From Alphaproteobacteria bacterium (lineage in GTDB: Bacteria; Pseudomonadota; Alphaproteobacteria; Micavibrionales; Micavibrionaceae): DNA of 63,821 bases. Numbering within the stretch: the stretch's first letter is position 1; the number at the start of each line of letters is the position of its first letter. The notes beneath the pieces are model-generated. The model saw only the letters and a list, made by a program, of their open reading frames with translations, was not told the DNA's origin and did not search any database. This document shows positions 10,518 through 19,576 of this stretch, piece by piece. The stretch covers positions 1-63,821 of the forward strand of contig JAMPXY010000001.1 in the NCBI GenBank assembly GCA_023700945.1, read 5' to 3'. The translations under genes and the position numbers were made by a program.

Positions 10518-11345
10518 TTATCTACTCAGGGCCGCCTTGCGGGCGGGGGGCTGTAGGCCTGCGGCCAATTCCTCGATCTGGGTGATCACATCAGCGATAG
10601 TTTTTTGCCCGCTAGGGATTCGGCCAATCGTCTCGACAATGGCTGACCCCACCACGACGGCATCTGCTACCGATGCCATGGCAGCGACATCATCCGGGGT
10701 ACGAATGCCAAACCCCACCGCGATCGGTAAAGTGGTTTGGCTTTTGAGTTGGGCCAGACGAGGGGCCAGTCCGGCAGCGTTGGCGGCAGCAGCGCCGGTA
10801 ATGCCGGTGATCGATACATAATATAAGAATCCACCCGCACCGGGTAATATTTTCCCTAATCTATGATCATCGGTCGTGGGGGTGACAAGGCGTATCATAT
10901 GCAGGCCCTGCGCCCGGGCCGGGTCACCCAGTTCGGCTTCTTCTTCTGGTGGCAGATCAACGATGATCACGCCGTCAACTCCGGCAGCCAACGCCTCTGT
11001 TACGAAACGAGATGGCCCATAAATATAGACCGGATTATAGTAACCCATCAACACGATCGGGGTCTCCGGGTCATGAAGTCTGAATGACCTGACCATGTCT
11101 AGTGTCTGTGCCAGTGTCATGCCACCGGCCAGCGCACGCTGGCCAGCCATCTGGATGGTGGGGCCGTCTGCCATCGGGTCCGAGAAGGGCATGCCGATTT
11201 CAATGATGTCTGCCCCGGCGCCGGGCAGGCGTTTAAGGATATCTTCAGCTGTGGCACGATCCGGATCGCCTGCCATGATAAACGTAATCAAAGCGGCCCG
11301 GTCTTGTGCGCGGATAGTGGTCAGGCGCTGGTCGATACGGTTCAT
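10518..11345 (-). CDS. trpA: tryptophan synthase alpha chain
   Basis: TrpA motifs 'IEIGMPFSDPMADGPTIQ' and 'YVSITGITG'. I moved the start to the ATG at 11345 (MNRIDQRL), which has a 'GGAAGG' RBS. The track ORF begins 14 codons upstream. Confidence 0.93.
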   Translation of the reverse strand: MNRIDQRLTTIRAQDRAALITFIMAGDPDRATAEDILKRLPGAGADIIEIGMPFSDPMADGPTIQMAGQRALAGGMTLAQTLDMVRSFRLHDPETPIVLMGYYNPVYIYGPSRFVTEALAAGVDGVIIVDLPPEEEAELGDPARAQGLHMIRLVTPTTDDHRLGKILPGAGGFLYYVSITGITGAAAANAAGLAPRLAQLKSQTTLPIAVGFGIRTPDDVAAMASVADAVVVGSAIVETIGRIPSGQKTIADVITQIEELAAGLQPPARKAALSR

Positions 11346-11496
11346 GGCTGAATACCTTCCTTTTAATAATTGAAAACACCTTAGCACAGGCTATGCCGCG
11401 ATGCATCTGGATCATCGCCAGAAGACCAGTTGCCAGCCCGGTCAAAGGCTGCTATCGATCTTTTACAATAATAAAAATCATAACAGGGACATTGCG

Positions 11497-12021
11497 ATGA
11501 TCAAGACTTTCAAGATGAGTAAACATTTGCCATGGGCGCCGGATGACGTTTTCCGCCTCTTGATGGATGTTGAGGCCTTTCCCGAGATCCACCCGGAAGT
11601 AAGAACAGCCCGCACGGCTTGGGTCAGACCCGGATACCGTGATGTTGAGATCGATTTCAACAAGGCGGCGGGTGTGATTTTGCAGGGTCAGGCGCTGGGG
11701 TTGCGTGTCACGTCGGTACCGCCGCAGCAGATCGAAGTCATCCGCACCAAGGGCCAGATAGAACAGCTGAAAATGAACTGGAGACTGAACCCGGATGGCG
11801 AAGGCGGCACGGATATGGATTTTTCCCTGTCATACCAGACCGGTCAGGGTGATCTGGTCGATAGTGGTGCTTTTCCGCTGGTCAAAAAAATGGTGGGGGA
11901 AATCCTGTCCCGCTTTGAGTCTTATGCGGCTACTCGACTGGTACCTGGGCAAGAAGCTAGTGCTGAGCCTGAAGCAGTGGCGACCCGCCGCACTCGTCGC
12001 AGTGGTCACCAGCCATCTTAA
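11497..12021 (+). CDS. SRPBCC-fold protein (RatA / COQ10-like polyketide-cyclase family)
   Basis: 174 aa counted from the ATG at 11497. 'DVFRLLMDVEAFPEIHPEV' is typical of RatA/COQ10-type START-like proteins. It has a charged C-terminal tail. Confidence 0.65.
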   Translation: MIKTFKMSKHLPWAPDDVFRLLMDVEAFPEIHPEVRTARTAWVRPGYRDVEIDFNKAAGVILQGQALGLRVTSVPPQQIEVIRTKGQIEQLKMNWRLNPDGEGGTDMDFSLSYQTGQGDLVDSGAFPLVKKMVGEILSRFESYAATRLVPGQEASAEPEAVATRRTRRSGHQPS

Positions 12022-12076
12022 GGCCGGACCTGTATCACAGCGTTATAAACAAGACATTAGCCATAAGATCTCGCCA

Positions 12077-12586
12077 ATGAAACGCATCAATCTGACACGC
12101 CATTTCCCCTATCATAATGCCGATGTTTATGATTTAATTATGGATATTAATGCTTACCCGCAGATCTACCCGATGGTCAAGCAGGTCAGGGTTTTGAATC
12201 ATCTGCCGACCCATAAAGATATTGAACTGGAGTTGAACATCGCGGGCCCCTTTATCCCTGGTGGTAAATACCAGACTTCCCGTGTCACTGGCATTTCTCC
12301 CCGCACCATACAAGTTGTGGGTTTGAAAGGTCCGCTGAAAGTACTGAACCTGCACTGGACATTGACGACTCCTGCTACTGGTGGCACGCATCTTGAGTTT
12401 CTCATGGAATATGAATCAGGGCGGGGTATGCTGGCGGATCTGGCAATTTCCGGCGTGATTAGCCAACTGGTCACTGACACATTGTGTCAGTTTGAGCGGC
12501 ATGCCGCAGTGACGCTTAGTCCGGTGTCGGGTCACCCGGCTGCCCCGGGCCAGTCGTCGGGTCGGGGCGGGAAGCCAAAGCCGTAA
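12077..12586 (+). CDS. SRPBCC-fold protein, tandem paralog of the preceding gene
   Basis: 169 aa counted from the ATG at 12077. 'DVYDLIMDINAYPQIYPMVKQVRV' parallels the neighbouring gene. The same 'WxL.P...GGT...F...Y..G' block appears in both. Confidence 0.6.
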   Translation: MKRINLTRHFPYHNADVYDLIMDINAYPQIYPMVKQVRVLNHLPTHKDIELELNIAGPFIPGGKYQTSRVTGISPRTIQVVGLKGPLKVLNLHWTLTTPATGGTHLEFLMEYESGRGMLADLAISGVISQLVTDTLCQFERHAAVTLSPVSGHPAAPGQSSGRGGKPKP

Positions 12587-13217
12587 CCATGAGCCCTGTC
12601 CCCCGTCGGCTGGTTTCGTTCTCGAGCTTGACCAGATCAATTTCACGGATCAAATCTTGCTGCAGATAAGGAGCAATCTTGCGCCATTCCATCATGGCGT
12701 GACGACGAAAACTATCATGCAGATGCCAGTCAGCTACGGGAACTGCAAAAGGATTGGCACTGGCCTGCATCTTATGTAGTTCAGGCCAATGGCGTTCCAG
12801 TGTCATGAGAAAGCGGCGCGCAGCAACAATATGACCAATACTAATTACCGAACCCAGACCAGCTTCAAGGCCGTGTGTGGCCATCAAGCTGCGGGTGAAG
12901 GTGACATTTTCCCCTGTGTGCGTCGCCTGCGGTTCGCAGATGATTGCCTGATCCGGAACATGGCGGGCGAGCAATTCCTGACGTAAGGCTGCGGCTTCGG
13001 TCAGTCGGGCTTTGACCTTGACCCCACCCGAGACCACAATCAGCGGAAAGTGGCCGCTATGGTATAGGGTGGCGGTGCGTTCGGCCAAAGGGACGATGAT
13101 GTTTTTATTACCAAAGACTAGTGCAAAATCGGCAGGGGCCAGAGTGGTCTGCTCGATCAGAAGATAGTCATGAACGGCACGGGCAAAATCGGGCTTGATG
13201 GTAGTGCGGCGGGTCAT
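12516..13217 (-). CDS. DUF218 / YdcF-like protein
   Basis: 233 aa. 'ALVFGN...LIVVSGG' and 'ATHTGENVTFTRSLM' resemble the DUF218 (ElyC/SanA/YdcF) core. Its 3' end overlaps the convergent SRPBCC gene by 71 nt. Confidence 0.65.
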   Translation of the reverse strand: MTRRTTIKPDFARAVHDYLLIEQTTLAPADFALVFGNKNIIVPLAERTATLYHSGHFPLIVVSGGVKVKARLTEAAALRQELLARHVPDQAIICEPQATHTGENVTFTRSLMATHGLEAGLGSVISIGHIVAARRFLMTLERHWPELHKMQASANPFAVPVADWHLHDSFRRHAMMEWRKIAPYLQQDLIREIDLVKLENETSRRGTGLMVTALASRPDPTTGPGQPGDPTPD

Positions 13218-13222
13218 CGGGT

Positions 13223-14101
13223 TCAGGCCTGTGCGGCAAGCGGTGAATGATCCTCTATTCTACGCAGATCCGTAAGGCGCAAAAGCAGGGGCGGGTTGTT
13301 ATAAACAGATAATCCCAGCAGGAGCGCTCCCGCGAGGCCGTCGTTACAGGCGAGTTGGGTCGGGGTGGTGACCCAGGGGCGCAGAGCGCGGGCGACACTG
13401 CCGCACAGGGCAAAATCATGAATGCCGTAATCCATGAGGCGGGTCAGGTGCAGATCAATCGCCGCCGCGGCCTCCTGCAGAATCGCTAGCGCTGTGACAT
13501 TACCATGGCGGGCCGCTGTGAATACTGCAGGGGCCAGTCGGGCCAGCTGATGGCGTTCATCCACCAGCAACGGCGGATCTTTTGCCATAAAGACTGCTAG
13601 TTGCGGGTCATGCGCCATGTGCCTCAGGGCTTCGCTCGCGATCCAGGGCCCACAGGCGCGCTCTTCGTCGGCGACCCCGGAGCGCCAGAGTTGCTGTCCG
13701 TCATCCCCGAGAGCAATCGCGCCGGTGCCGCCGATAAAAACGCCTTGCCCGGCGCTGTGTGTTTCGAAGGCCCCCCACAGGCCTGCGACCGCGTCGCTGA
13801 GGATATAGACGGGCCCCCAGCCTTGGGTCTGCAGGCGGGCTTGCAGCCAGTTAACATTATCTTGATGACTGACACCGGGCAGGCACAAGACCAAGGGCCC
13901 GGGCCGGCTATGCAATTGTGTGAGCATGGTTGTCAGCGAGGCGGCCGTGAGGTCACGGTCGCGATGGAGATTGCAGGGGTGCTGATCAAGGATCAGGCGC
14001 TCCTCAATACGGTGCTGGCTGAGGTTATAGCGAACCCCGCGGCAGGTTGACCCGCCGCCTTCTATCACTGTCAGATATTGATCACCTTGAAGAACATTCA
14101 T
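13223..14101 (-). CDS. BadF/BadG/BcrA/BcrD-type ATPase (N-acetylglucosamine-kinase-like)
   Basis: 292 aa with the ASKHA-fold signatures 'LTVIEGGGSTCRG' and 'FIGGTGAIALG'. It starts 14 nt after the trpB stop on the same strand. Confidence 0.6.
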   Translation of the reverse strand: MNVLQGDQYLTVIEGGGSTCRGVRYNLSQHRIEERLILDQHPCNLHRDRDLTAASLTTMLTQLHSRPGPLVLCLPGVSHQDNVNWLQARLQTQGWGPVYILSDAVAGLWGAFETHSAGQGVFIGGTGAIALGDDGQQLWRSGVADEERACGPWIASEALRHMAHDPQLAVFMAKDPPLLVDERHQLARLAPAVFTAARHGNVTALAILQEAAAAIDLHLTRLMDYGIHDFALCGSVARALRPWVTTPTQLACNDGLAGALLLGLSVYNNPPLLLRLTDLRRIEDHSPLAAQA

Positions 14102-14115
14102 ATTTTTTAAGTGAG

Positions 14116-15330
14116 TTAAAGAGTGACCCCTAAACGGTCCGCTACGGTAAAGATATCCTTATCGCCACGCCCGCACAGATTCATCAAAATTCTGTGCGTT
14201 TTGGGCAGGGTTGGTGCAATCTTTAGCACATGGGCAAAAGCATGGGCCGGTTCCAGAGCGGGCAAGATCCCCTCCAGTTGGGCCAGCTTCTGGAAGGCGC
14301 TCAAGGCTTCGTTATCAGTAATGCTGACATAGCTGACCCGTTTCTGGTCGTGCAGCCACGAATGTTCGGGGCCGATACCGGGGTAATCCAGTCCGGCCGA
14401 GATAGAGTGGCCTTCCAGGATCTGGCCATCATCATCCTGTAGTAGATAGGTGCGGTTGCCATGCAGGACGCCGGGACGACCACCTGTCAGACTGGCGCAG
14501 TGCTGTCCGGTTTCAAGACCGTGGCCGCCTGCCTCGACCCCAATGATTTTAACCGCCTTATCATCCAGAAACGGGTGAAATAATCCGATGGCGTTCGACC
14601 CGCCACCGATACAGGCCACCAGTGTATCAGGCAGGGTCTTGGTCCTGTCCATGAATTGCTGGCGTGCTTCGCGGCCAATCACACTCTGGAAGTCCCGCAC
14701 CATCGCTGGATAGGGGTGAGGCCCCGCCACTGTGCCTATAATATAAAACGTATCGTTCACATTGGTAACCCAGTCGCGCAGCGCTTCATTCATTGCATCT
14801 TTGAGGGTCCCTGCTCCGGATGTGACCGGGCGCACTTCGGCTCCTAGCAGTTTCATCCGGAAGACGTTGGGTTTTTGTCGCTCAATATCGGTGGCACCCA
14901 TGAAGATCGTGCAAGGTAGTTTGAAGAGTGCGCAGACAGTGGCGGTGGCCACACCGTGCTGGCCTGCCCCGGTTTCGGCAATGATCCGGGTTTTGCCCAT
15001 GCGTTTGGCCAGCAAGATTTGCCCGAGGCAGTTATTAATTTTATGGGCACCGGTATGGTTGAGTTCATCACGTTTGAACCAGACTTCGGCACCACCTAAA
15101 TGACGAGTCGTTGATTCTGCAAAATAGAGCGGCGAGGGGCGGCCAATATAGTCCCGTGCCAGTTCCTCGAATGTTGCCCAGAAGGCCGGGTCGTCTTTGG
15201 CTTGATTCCACGCCTGCTCGACTGAAAGAATCAGCGGCATCAGTGTTTCCGAGACATAACGGCCTCCGTAAATGCCGAAATGGCCATTCTCGTCAGGAAC
15301 AGTTTTATATAGGGAAGCACTTGCGGACAT
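14116..15330 (-). CDS. trpB: tryptophan synthase beta chain
   Basis: 404 aa. It has the PLP lysine region '[11 protein letters not shown]', 'GGGSNAIG', and '[20 protein letters not shown]' at the N-terminus. Confidence 0.95.
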   Translation of the reverse strand: MSASASLYKTVPDENGHFGIYGGRYVSETLMPLILSVEQAWNQAKDDPAFWATFEELARDYIGRPSPLYFAESTTRHLGGAEVWFKRDELNHTGAHKINNCLGQILLAKRMGKTRIIAETGAGQHGVATATVCALFKLPCTIFMGATDIERQKPNVFRMKLLGAEVRPVTSGAGTLKDAMNEALRDWVTNVNDTFYIIGTVAGPHPYPAMVRDFQSVIGREARQQFMDRTKTLPDTLVACIGGGSNAIGLFHPFLDDKAVKIIGVEAGGHGLETGQHCASLTGGRPGVLHGNRTYLLQDDDGQILEGHSISAGLDYPGIGPEHSWLHDQKRVSYVSITDNEALSAFQKLAQLEGILPALEPAHAFAHVLKIAPTLPKTHRILMNLCGRGDKDIFTVADRLGVTL

Positions 15331-15495
15331 GAATTTTTGCTCTTTACAGAATGTTGAGATAGCCAGTCTTCAGAAATACACATCCGCTGGCGGCATCGCA
15401 AGCGCGTTATCGGCCATGGCGGCAGCCAAACTTGACCTTTGCGCGCCTGCCCGCTATGGAATAGCCATAATATATTCAACAAGGGGAGACCGCCT

Positions 15496-16008
15496 ATGCT
15501 CAACAAAACAGTGGCCGTACTGAGGGATGGTTTCTTGCAGGCTGCTGGCCGGGTGGCCGGAGGCGACCCCTATCAGGATTTTTTGGCGATCACGACGGGG
15601 ATTTTCGATTTTGCCGCACAGATGGCGCGGGCTAAAACCGAACAGCACTTACAGATATTGATTCGCAGTCATAATCCCCGGCATACGACTTATACTCCGG
15701 TGAGTCATCAGGCGGCGGCGCTAGAGATGATTGCAGGCTTGCCCCAGCACCAGCGTTTGGGTTTATGGACGCGTCTTTCGCGTTCCCAGAATGATGGCCC
15801 CGCCTTTGCGATTGAGATCTTGCCCGTCGGTTTGGAGACCGCTACGCGTGATCAATGGCTCAAGAGAGAGTCGTCGTTTCAGCTTTCGCGTGACAGTACT
15901 TGGCTGGTTGCACAGTTACAGCGGGCCTTGCTGCAGCACCACGCCCTCAGTTACGCAGATGCCGCCAAGATCAGGGCGTTGTCGTATCCGGCTCCGCGCC
16001 CCTTCTAA
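15496..16008 (+). CDS. hypothetical protein (170 aa)
   Basis: It occupies the 680 bp gap between trpB and trpF on the opposite strand. An 'AAGGGGAGA' RBS precedes the ATG at 15496. I recognise no domain. Confidence 0.4.
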   Translation: MLNKTVAVLRDGFLQAAGRVAGGDPYQDFLAITTGIFDFAAQMARAKTEQHLQILIRSHNPRHTTYTPVSHQAAALEMIAGLPQHQRLGLWTRLSRSQNDGPAFAIEILPVGLETATRDQWLKRESSFQLSRDSTWLVAQLQRALLQHHALSYADAAKIRALSYPAPRPF

Positions 16009-16011
16009 AGA

Positions 16012-16677
16012 TTATGAAGACTGCGGAACCGCAGTTCTGGTGATCCTGACGGCTTGTACAAACTCCTTGATCTTGGTGATGTTCTTGACGCCGGGGCGAT
16101 CTTCGACCCCGCTCGATACGTCAACCGCATCAGGTTTCAAAATCGAAAGAGCGCGACCAACATTGTCAGCATTCAACCCGCCCGACAGCATCCAGGGTCG
16201 TTTGAATTTGCGCCCCGCCAGAATTTGCCAGTCGAATGACAAGCCGGTGCCTCCGGGCAGGACAGAGATTTTTGGATCGACTTTGGTATCAAATAACAAA
16301 AGATCAGCTACCTGCTCAAAGCTGGCGAGTGGCTCGAGGTCTTCTGCGGTGGCGATACGCAGGGCTTTAATCACCGGTACTTTGAAGCGACTACGGATTT
16401 CAGCAACGCGACGGGGATCTTCATCTCCATGTAACTGGATCAGATCAAACGAGGCCGCAGACAGCGCGGCCTCCAGTTCCTCATTGCTAGGATTGACAAA
16501 CACGCCCACGATCTGCAATTCAGCCGGGGCTGCAACTGACAAGAAAGCGGCCTGATCAAGTGAGAGCGCGCGCGGCGAGCGTGGCCACATCATGAACCCG
16601 GCATAATCAAGCGCCAGTTGCCCGGCAGAGATCAGGGCCTCATTGCTGGTGATACCGCAAATTTTGATAGCGGTCAT
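16012..16677 (-). CDS. trpF: phosphoribosylanthranilate isomerase
   Basis: 221 aa with 'IKICGIT' at the N-terminus, 'LQLHGDE' and 'LSGGLNADNV'. It overlaps the pyrF stop by 4 nt. Confidence 0.9.
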   Translation of the reverse strand: MTAIKICGITSNEALISAGQLALDYAGFMMWPRSPRALSLDQAAFLSVAAPAELQIVGVFVNPSNEELEAALSAASFDLIQLHGDEDPRRVAEIRSRFKVPVIKALRIATAEDLEPLASFEQVADLLLFDTKVDPKISVLPGGTGLSFDWQILAGRKFKRPWMLSGGLNADNVGRALSILKPDAVDVSSGVEDRPGVKNITKIKEFVQAVRITRTAVPQSS

Positions 16678-17393
16678 GCGGCGGCCTTATGCAGGCTGGT
16701 GAGAATGTCGGCGGCGGCGAGCGCGGGGTCGGCGGCTTCGGTGATGGGGCGACCAATGACGAGGTGTGTGGCCCCGAGCGCCATCGCTTCTGGTGGGGTC
16801 ATTACGCGCTTTTGGTCTTGTGTCTTTGCTCCCGCTGGCCGGATACCGGGCACCATCAAAATCAGATCATCACCATGGCTGGCGCGCACTGCCTGAATTT
16901 CCTGAGGTGAGCACACAATTCCGGCGAGGTCAGCTTCCTGCGCCAGATTTGTCAGTCGCATGACGCTTTCATGTGGTGGCAGGGCATACCCGATTTCTGT
17001 CAGCGCTTCGCTATCAAGGCTGGTAAGAATGGTGACACCGAGCAGGCGAATTTTGTTACCGGCGGCATGGCGCGCCGCCTTCATCATCTCCAGTCCACCC
17101 GAGGCATGCAAGGTGAGGTAGGCAATGTTAAGATCGGCAACCGAACGTACCGCCCCGGCCACGGTATTGGGAATATCATGGAGCTTGAGGTCGAGGAAAA
17201 TCGGCAGCTGGGGGAAGGCATCAGCAATCGCCCGGATACCTTGCGGGCCGTTGGCGTTAAAAAATTCCAGACCCAGTTTGATGCCACATCCGCTGTTGCG
17301 CATGGCTTCGGCCAGCCCGGCTGCTTGTTTTATATCCGGCGTATCAATCGCGCAAAAAATACGGGGCATGGTAGCAACGGGGATCAGGGTCAT
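16674..17393 (-). CDS. pyrF: orotidine 5'-phosphate decarboxylase
   Basis: 239 aa with 'IFLDLKLHDIPNTV', 'LTLHASGG' and 'VIGRPIT'. Confidence 0.9.
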   Translation of the reverse strand: MTLIPVATMPRIFCAIDTPDIKQAAGLAEAMRNSGCGIKLGLEFFNANGPQGIRAIADAFPQLPIFLDLKLHDIPNTVAGAVRSVADLNIAYLTLHASGGLEMMKAARHAAGNKIRLLGVTILTSLDSEALTEIGYALPPHESVMRLTNLAQEADLAGIVCSPQEIQAVRASHGDDLILMVPGIRPAGAKTQDQKRVMTPPEAMALGATHLVIGRPITEAADPALAAADILTSLHKAAA

Positions 17394-17518
17394 GGGTCAC
17401 TCCTTGGCTTGAAGTTATATTTGTCGCACCGCACATCAGGAAAATCAATCCCTTGCCTCGGCTGCCGGGACTCTCTAAGACTTTAATCAAAGACATAATT
17501 TTAGAAGAGGACAGGCGT

Positions 17519-18340
17519 ATGACAGATCATCAGCAAACCATTCTGGATTATGCGTTGCGGGAAACAGCGGCAGAGACGGCAGCAGAGATGGCGACGCGGC
17601 TGGAGCGATGCCTTAGCCGGTCTGGTTATCTTCCGGTTCTACATGTTCATGATAAAGGCAAGCCGGTTTGCCCACAGGGTTTCTTCATGATGGAGTATCG
17701 CCGCCTCGATGATCCGCGTTTCCGGGCGATCACCAGCCTGCGTACAGACGGTGCTGCTGATGATATGTTGCAGGTCAGTTTTGATATGGTGCCGTTTGCG
17801 CGTGAGCGGACATGGCGTGGATTAGTGGAGGCGTTCCGTTATCGGGCGTCACAGAAGGCGCCTGTGACCCTGACAGCATCGTCTGCGGTAGAGTCCTTTA
17901 TAAAAGGCAATGATTTGCCAAATGGCCAGGCTCTAGCTTCACGCTATGCGGATCTGGCCTATACCTTGCAGCATCGTACTGGCCATACATTTTTTATCGA
18001 TCCTCAAAGGATCAGACCTGATTTTCTTGTTGTTCAGACGACAGTGGAGCCCGGGACATATACCAAGGCTGGCGAAGCCCGCCCCAGCGGATTAGAACGC
18101 TTGCTTAATAGTCGTCGTCTAATGATTGCGGTGCCGACGTTGCTGCAGAGTGAGGATCGCGGTGTTTATATACGAGCCGAATATGCGCTTTCAATTCATG
18201 ATCCTGCACGCACGCCGGTACAATATCTCAGCATGCGTCAATTCTCTCATGTCTTTCCTGCGATCATCGGGGCGCATGTTCGAGGCGATCCAATCATAAC
18301 GCCGCTCAATCGCGACAAGCCCAGCCCTAAAAATTTCTAA
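17519..18340 (+). CDS. hypothetical protein (273 aa)
   Basis: The ORF has 'GAAGAGGA' upstream of the ATG at 17519 and ends at a shared bidirectional terminator. I recognise no domain. Confidence 0.45.
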   Translation: MTDHQQTILDYALRETAAETAAEMATRLERCLSRSGYLPVLHVHDKGKPVCPQGFFMMEYRRLDDPRFRAITSLRTDGAADDMLQVSFDMVPFARERTWRGLVEAFRYRASQKAPVTLTASSAVESFIKGNDLPNGQALASRYADLAYTLQHRTGHTFFIDPQRIRPDFLVVQTTVEPGTYTKAGEARPSGLERLLNSRRLMIAVPTLLQSEDRGVYIRAEYALSIHDPARTPVQYLSMRQFSHVFPAIIGAHVRGDPIITPLNRDKPSPKNF

Positions 18341-18361
18341 CCCGGAAAAATTGAGAAATAA

Positions 18362-18396
18362 TAAAAAGGGAGCCTGCTTATGGCTCCCTTTAAAAA
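18362..18396. terminator. bidirectional rho-independent terminator
   Basis: Stem GGGAGCC (18368-18374) pairs with GGCTCCC (18382-18388) around a 7 nt loop. An A-run lies on the left and a T-run on the right. It sits between convergent genes. Confidence 0.8.
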
Positions 18397-18414
18397 TCTT
18401 GAAATCACTTGATC

Positions 18415-18732
18415 CTAGTCGTCATCGCTCTCATCGTCTTCGCCGTGATCAACGCCACCATTGAGGCGCTCACGCAGGGCCTTGCCGGTTTTGAAGAAGG
18501 GCAGACGCTTGCCATCGACTTGAACACTTTCGCCTGTGCGTGGGTTACGACCAACGCGTGGCTCGCGTATCTTGACCGAGAACGCCCCAAAACCACGCAG
18601 CTCAACCCGGTCACCGCGCGCCAGTGCCTGACTGATTTCATCAAAGATGGTGTCGATGATTTTCTCGACGTCACGCATGTACAGGTGCGGATTTTTTTCA
18701 GCCAAACGCTGGATCAGTTCCGACTTGGTCAT
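18415..18732 (-). CDS. ihfB: integration host factor subunit beta
   Basis: 105 aa. '[11 protein letters not shown]...[39 protein letters not shown]' is the IHF-beta signature. The C-terminus is an acidic tail, '[11 protein letters not shown]'. Confidence 0.92.
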   Translation of the reverse strand: MTKSELIQRLAEKNPHLYMRDVEKIIDTIFDEISQALARGDRVELRGFGAFSVKIREPRVGRNPRTGESVQVDGKRLPFFKTGKALRERLNGGVDHGEDDESDDD

Positions 18733-19031
18733 GCCTTTTCCCCTTCATTATCTGCGTTAGCGCGGTGCGCGAGCCTTTAAAAAGCAAATTGCTGAGTGTT
18801 CTCATACACTTAAGGCTACACTTCCAGAATGCCTGAATTTCAGCCCCGCCGTCAAGGGAAGAATCATGGCAAAAACCGGGAAAGTCTTTGAAACAGAAAG
18901 GATTTTTTAGTAATTGACCCGGATGAAAGGGCAGAAATCAGGGGTTTTTGGTATGTTTCTTGACTTTAATAATTATGTCAACTAATTTGACGAGGTAATT
19001 ATGCAACATTAACAAAAAGGTCTTATTATTT

Positions 19032-19502
19032 ATGAGCAACTCAACCAAAAATACCTTTAATCAAACTAGCTTGAAAAGAATCGCTGCTTCTTTAGCTGCC
19101 GTAGCAGGGCTTGCAGGTTTAGGCGGATGCAGTAGGGATGCCCAAGTCGCTTCTGAAAATCTGTCTAGGGCTGCTGATAATTTTGAGATAAATCGCCGCA
19201 TAGTTTTCTATAACGGTATTACTGATACATATATGCTGACCGTGGAAGGGCGTTGCAGTATTGAAGTTGATGCTCCAAAAAATAAGCTTGATGTTACCTG
19301 TAAAACTGGACCAGGCGCGTTTAAAAAACACTTCCTCGGGAAGTCAGACAACGTAACGTACTTTGTTGAACAGCTTGATTCCGCTGATGTTAGTACTTAC
19401 CACTACCGCGTAGAGTTTAAGCCGCAGTCTATTCTTCCTGACGTTAGGGTTCGCGGGGATGCAGGTGCATTGGAAAAGGCTGTGACGCCGCAGCCGCGAT
19501 AA
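19032..19502 (+). CDS. putative lipoprotein (156 aa)
   Basis: It has a signal peptide with the lipobox 'LAGLGGC'. The gene and its 300 bp upstream region are visibly AT-rich. It lies between ihfB and rpsA. Confidence 0.6.
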   Translation: MSNSTKNTFNQTSLKRIAASLAAVAGLAGLGGCSRDAQVASENLSRAADNFEINRRIVFYNGITDTYMLTVEGRCSIEVDAPKNKLDVTCKTGPGAFKKHFLGKSDNVTYFVEQLDSADVSTYHYRVEFKPQSILPDVRVRGDAGALEKAVTPQPR

Positions 19503-19519
19503 GATTTCGAGTATTCATT

Positions 19520-19554
19520 AAAAACCCCGCCGAAGGTAACTTCGGCGGGGTTTC
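19520..19554. terminator. rho-independent terminator shared by the lipoprotein gene and rpsA
   Basis: An 11 bp stem, CCCCGCCGAAG (19525-19535) with CTTCGGCGGGG (19540-19550), around a GTAA loop. It is flanked by AAAA and TTT. Confidence 0.85.
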
Positions 19555-19576
19555 ATGTTCTTTAATTAGTGAGTGA

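Noticed and set aside
12382-12397. A sigma54-like element, TGGCAC-N5-TTGAG.
   Set aside because: It lies inside the SRPBCC coding sequence, no downstream plus-strand gene would be driven by it, and the -12 element is imperfect.
15731-16555. A 274 aa plus-strand ORF spanning the trpF region.
   Set aside because: It is antisense to trpF and out of frame with the 15496-16008 ORF. Its Ser/Arg/Pro-rich composition is typical of a non-coding frame.
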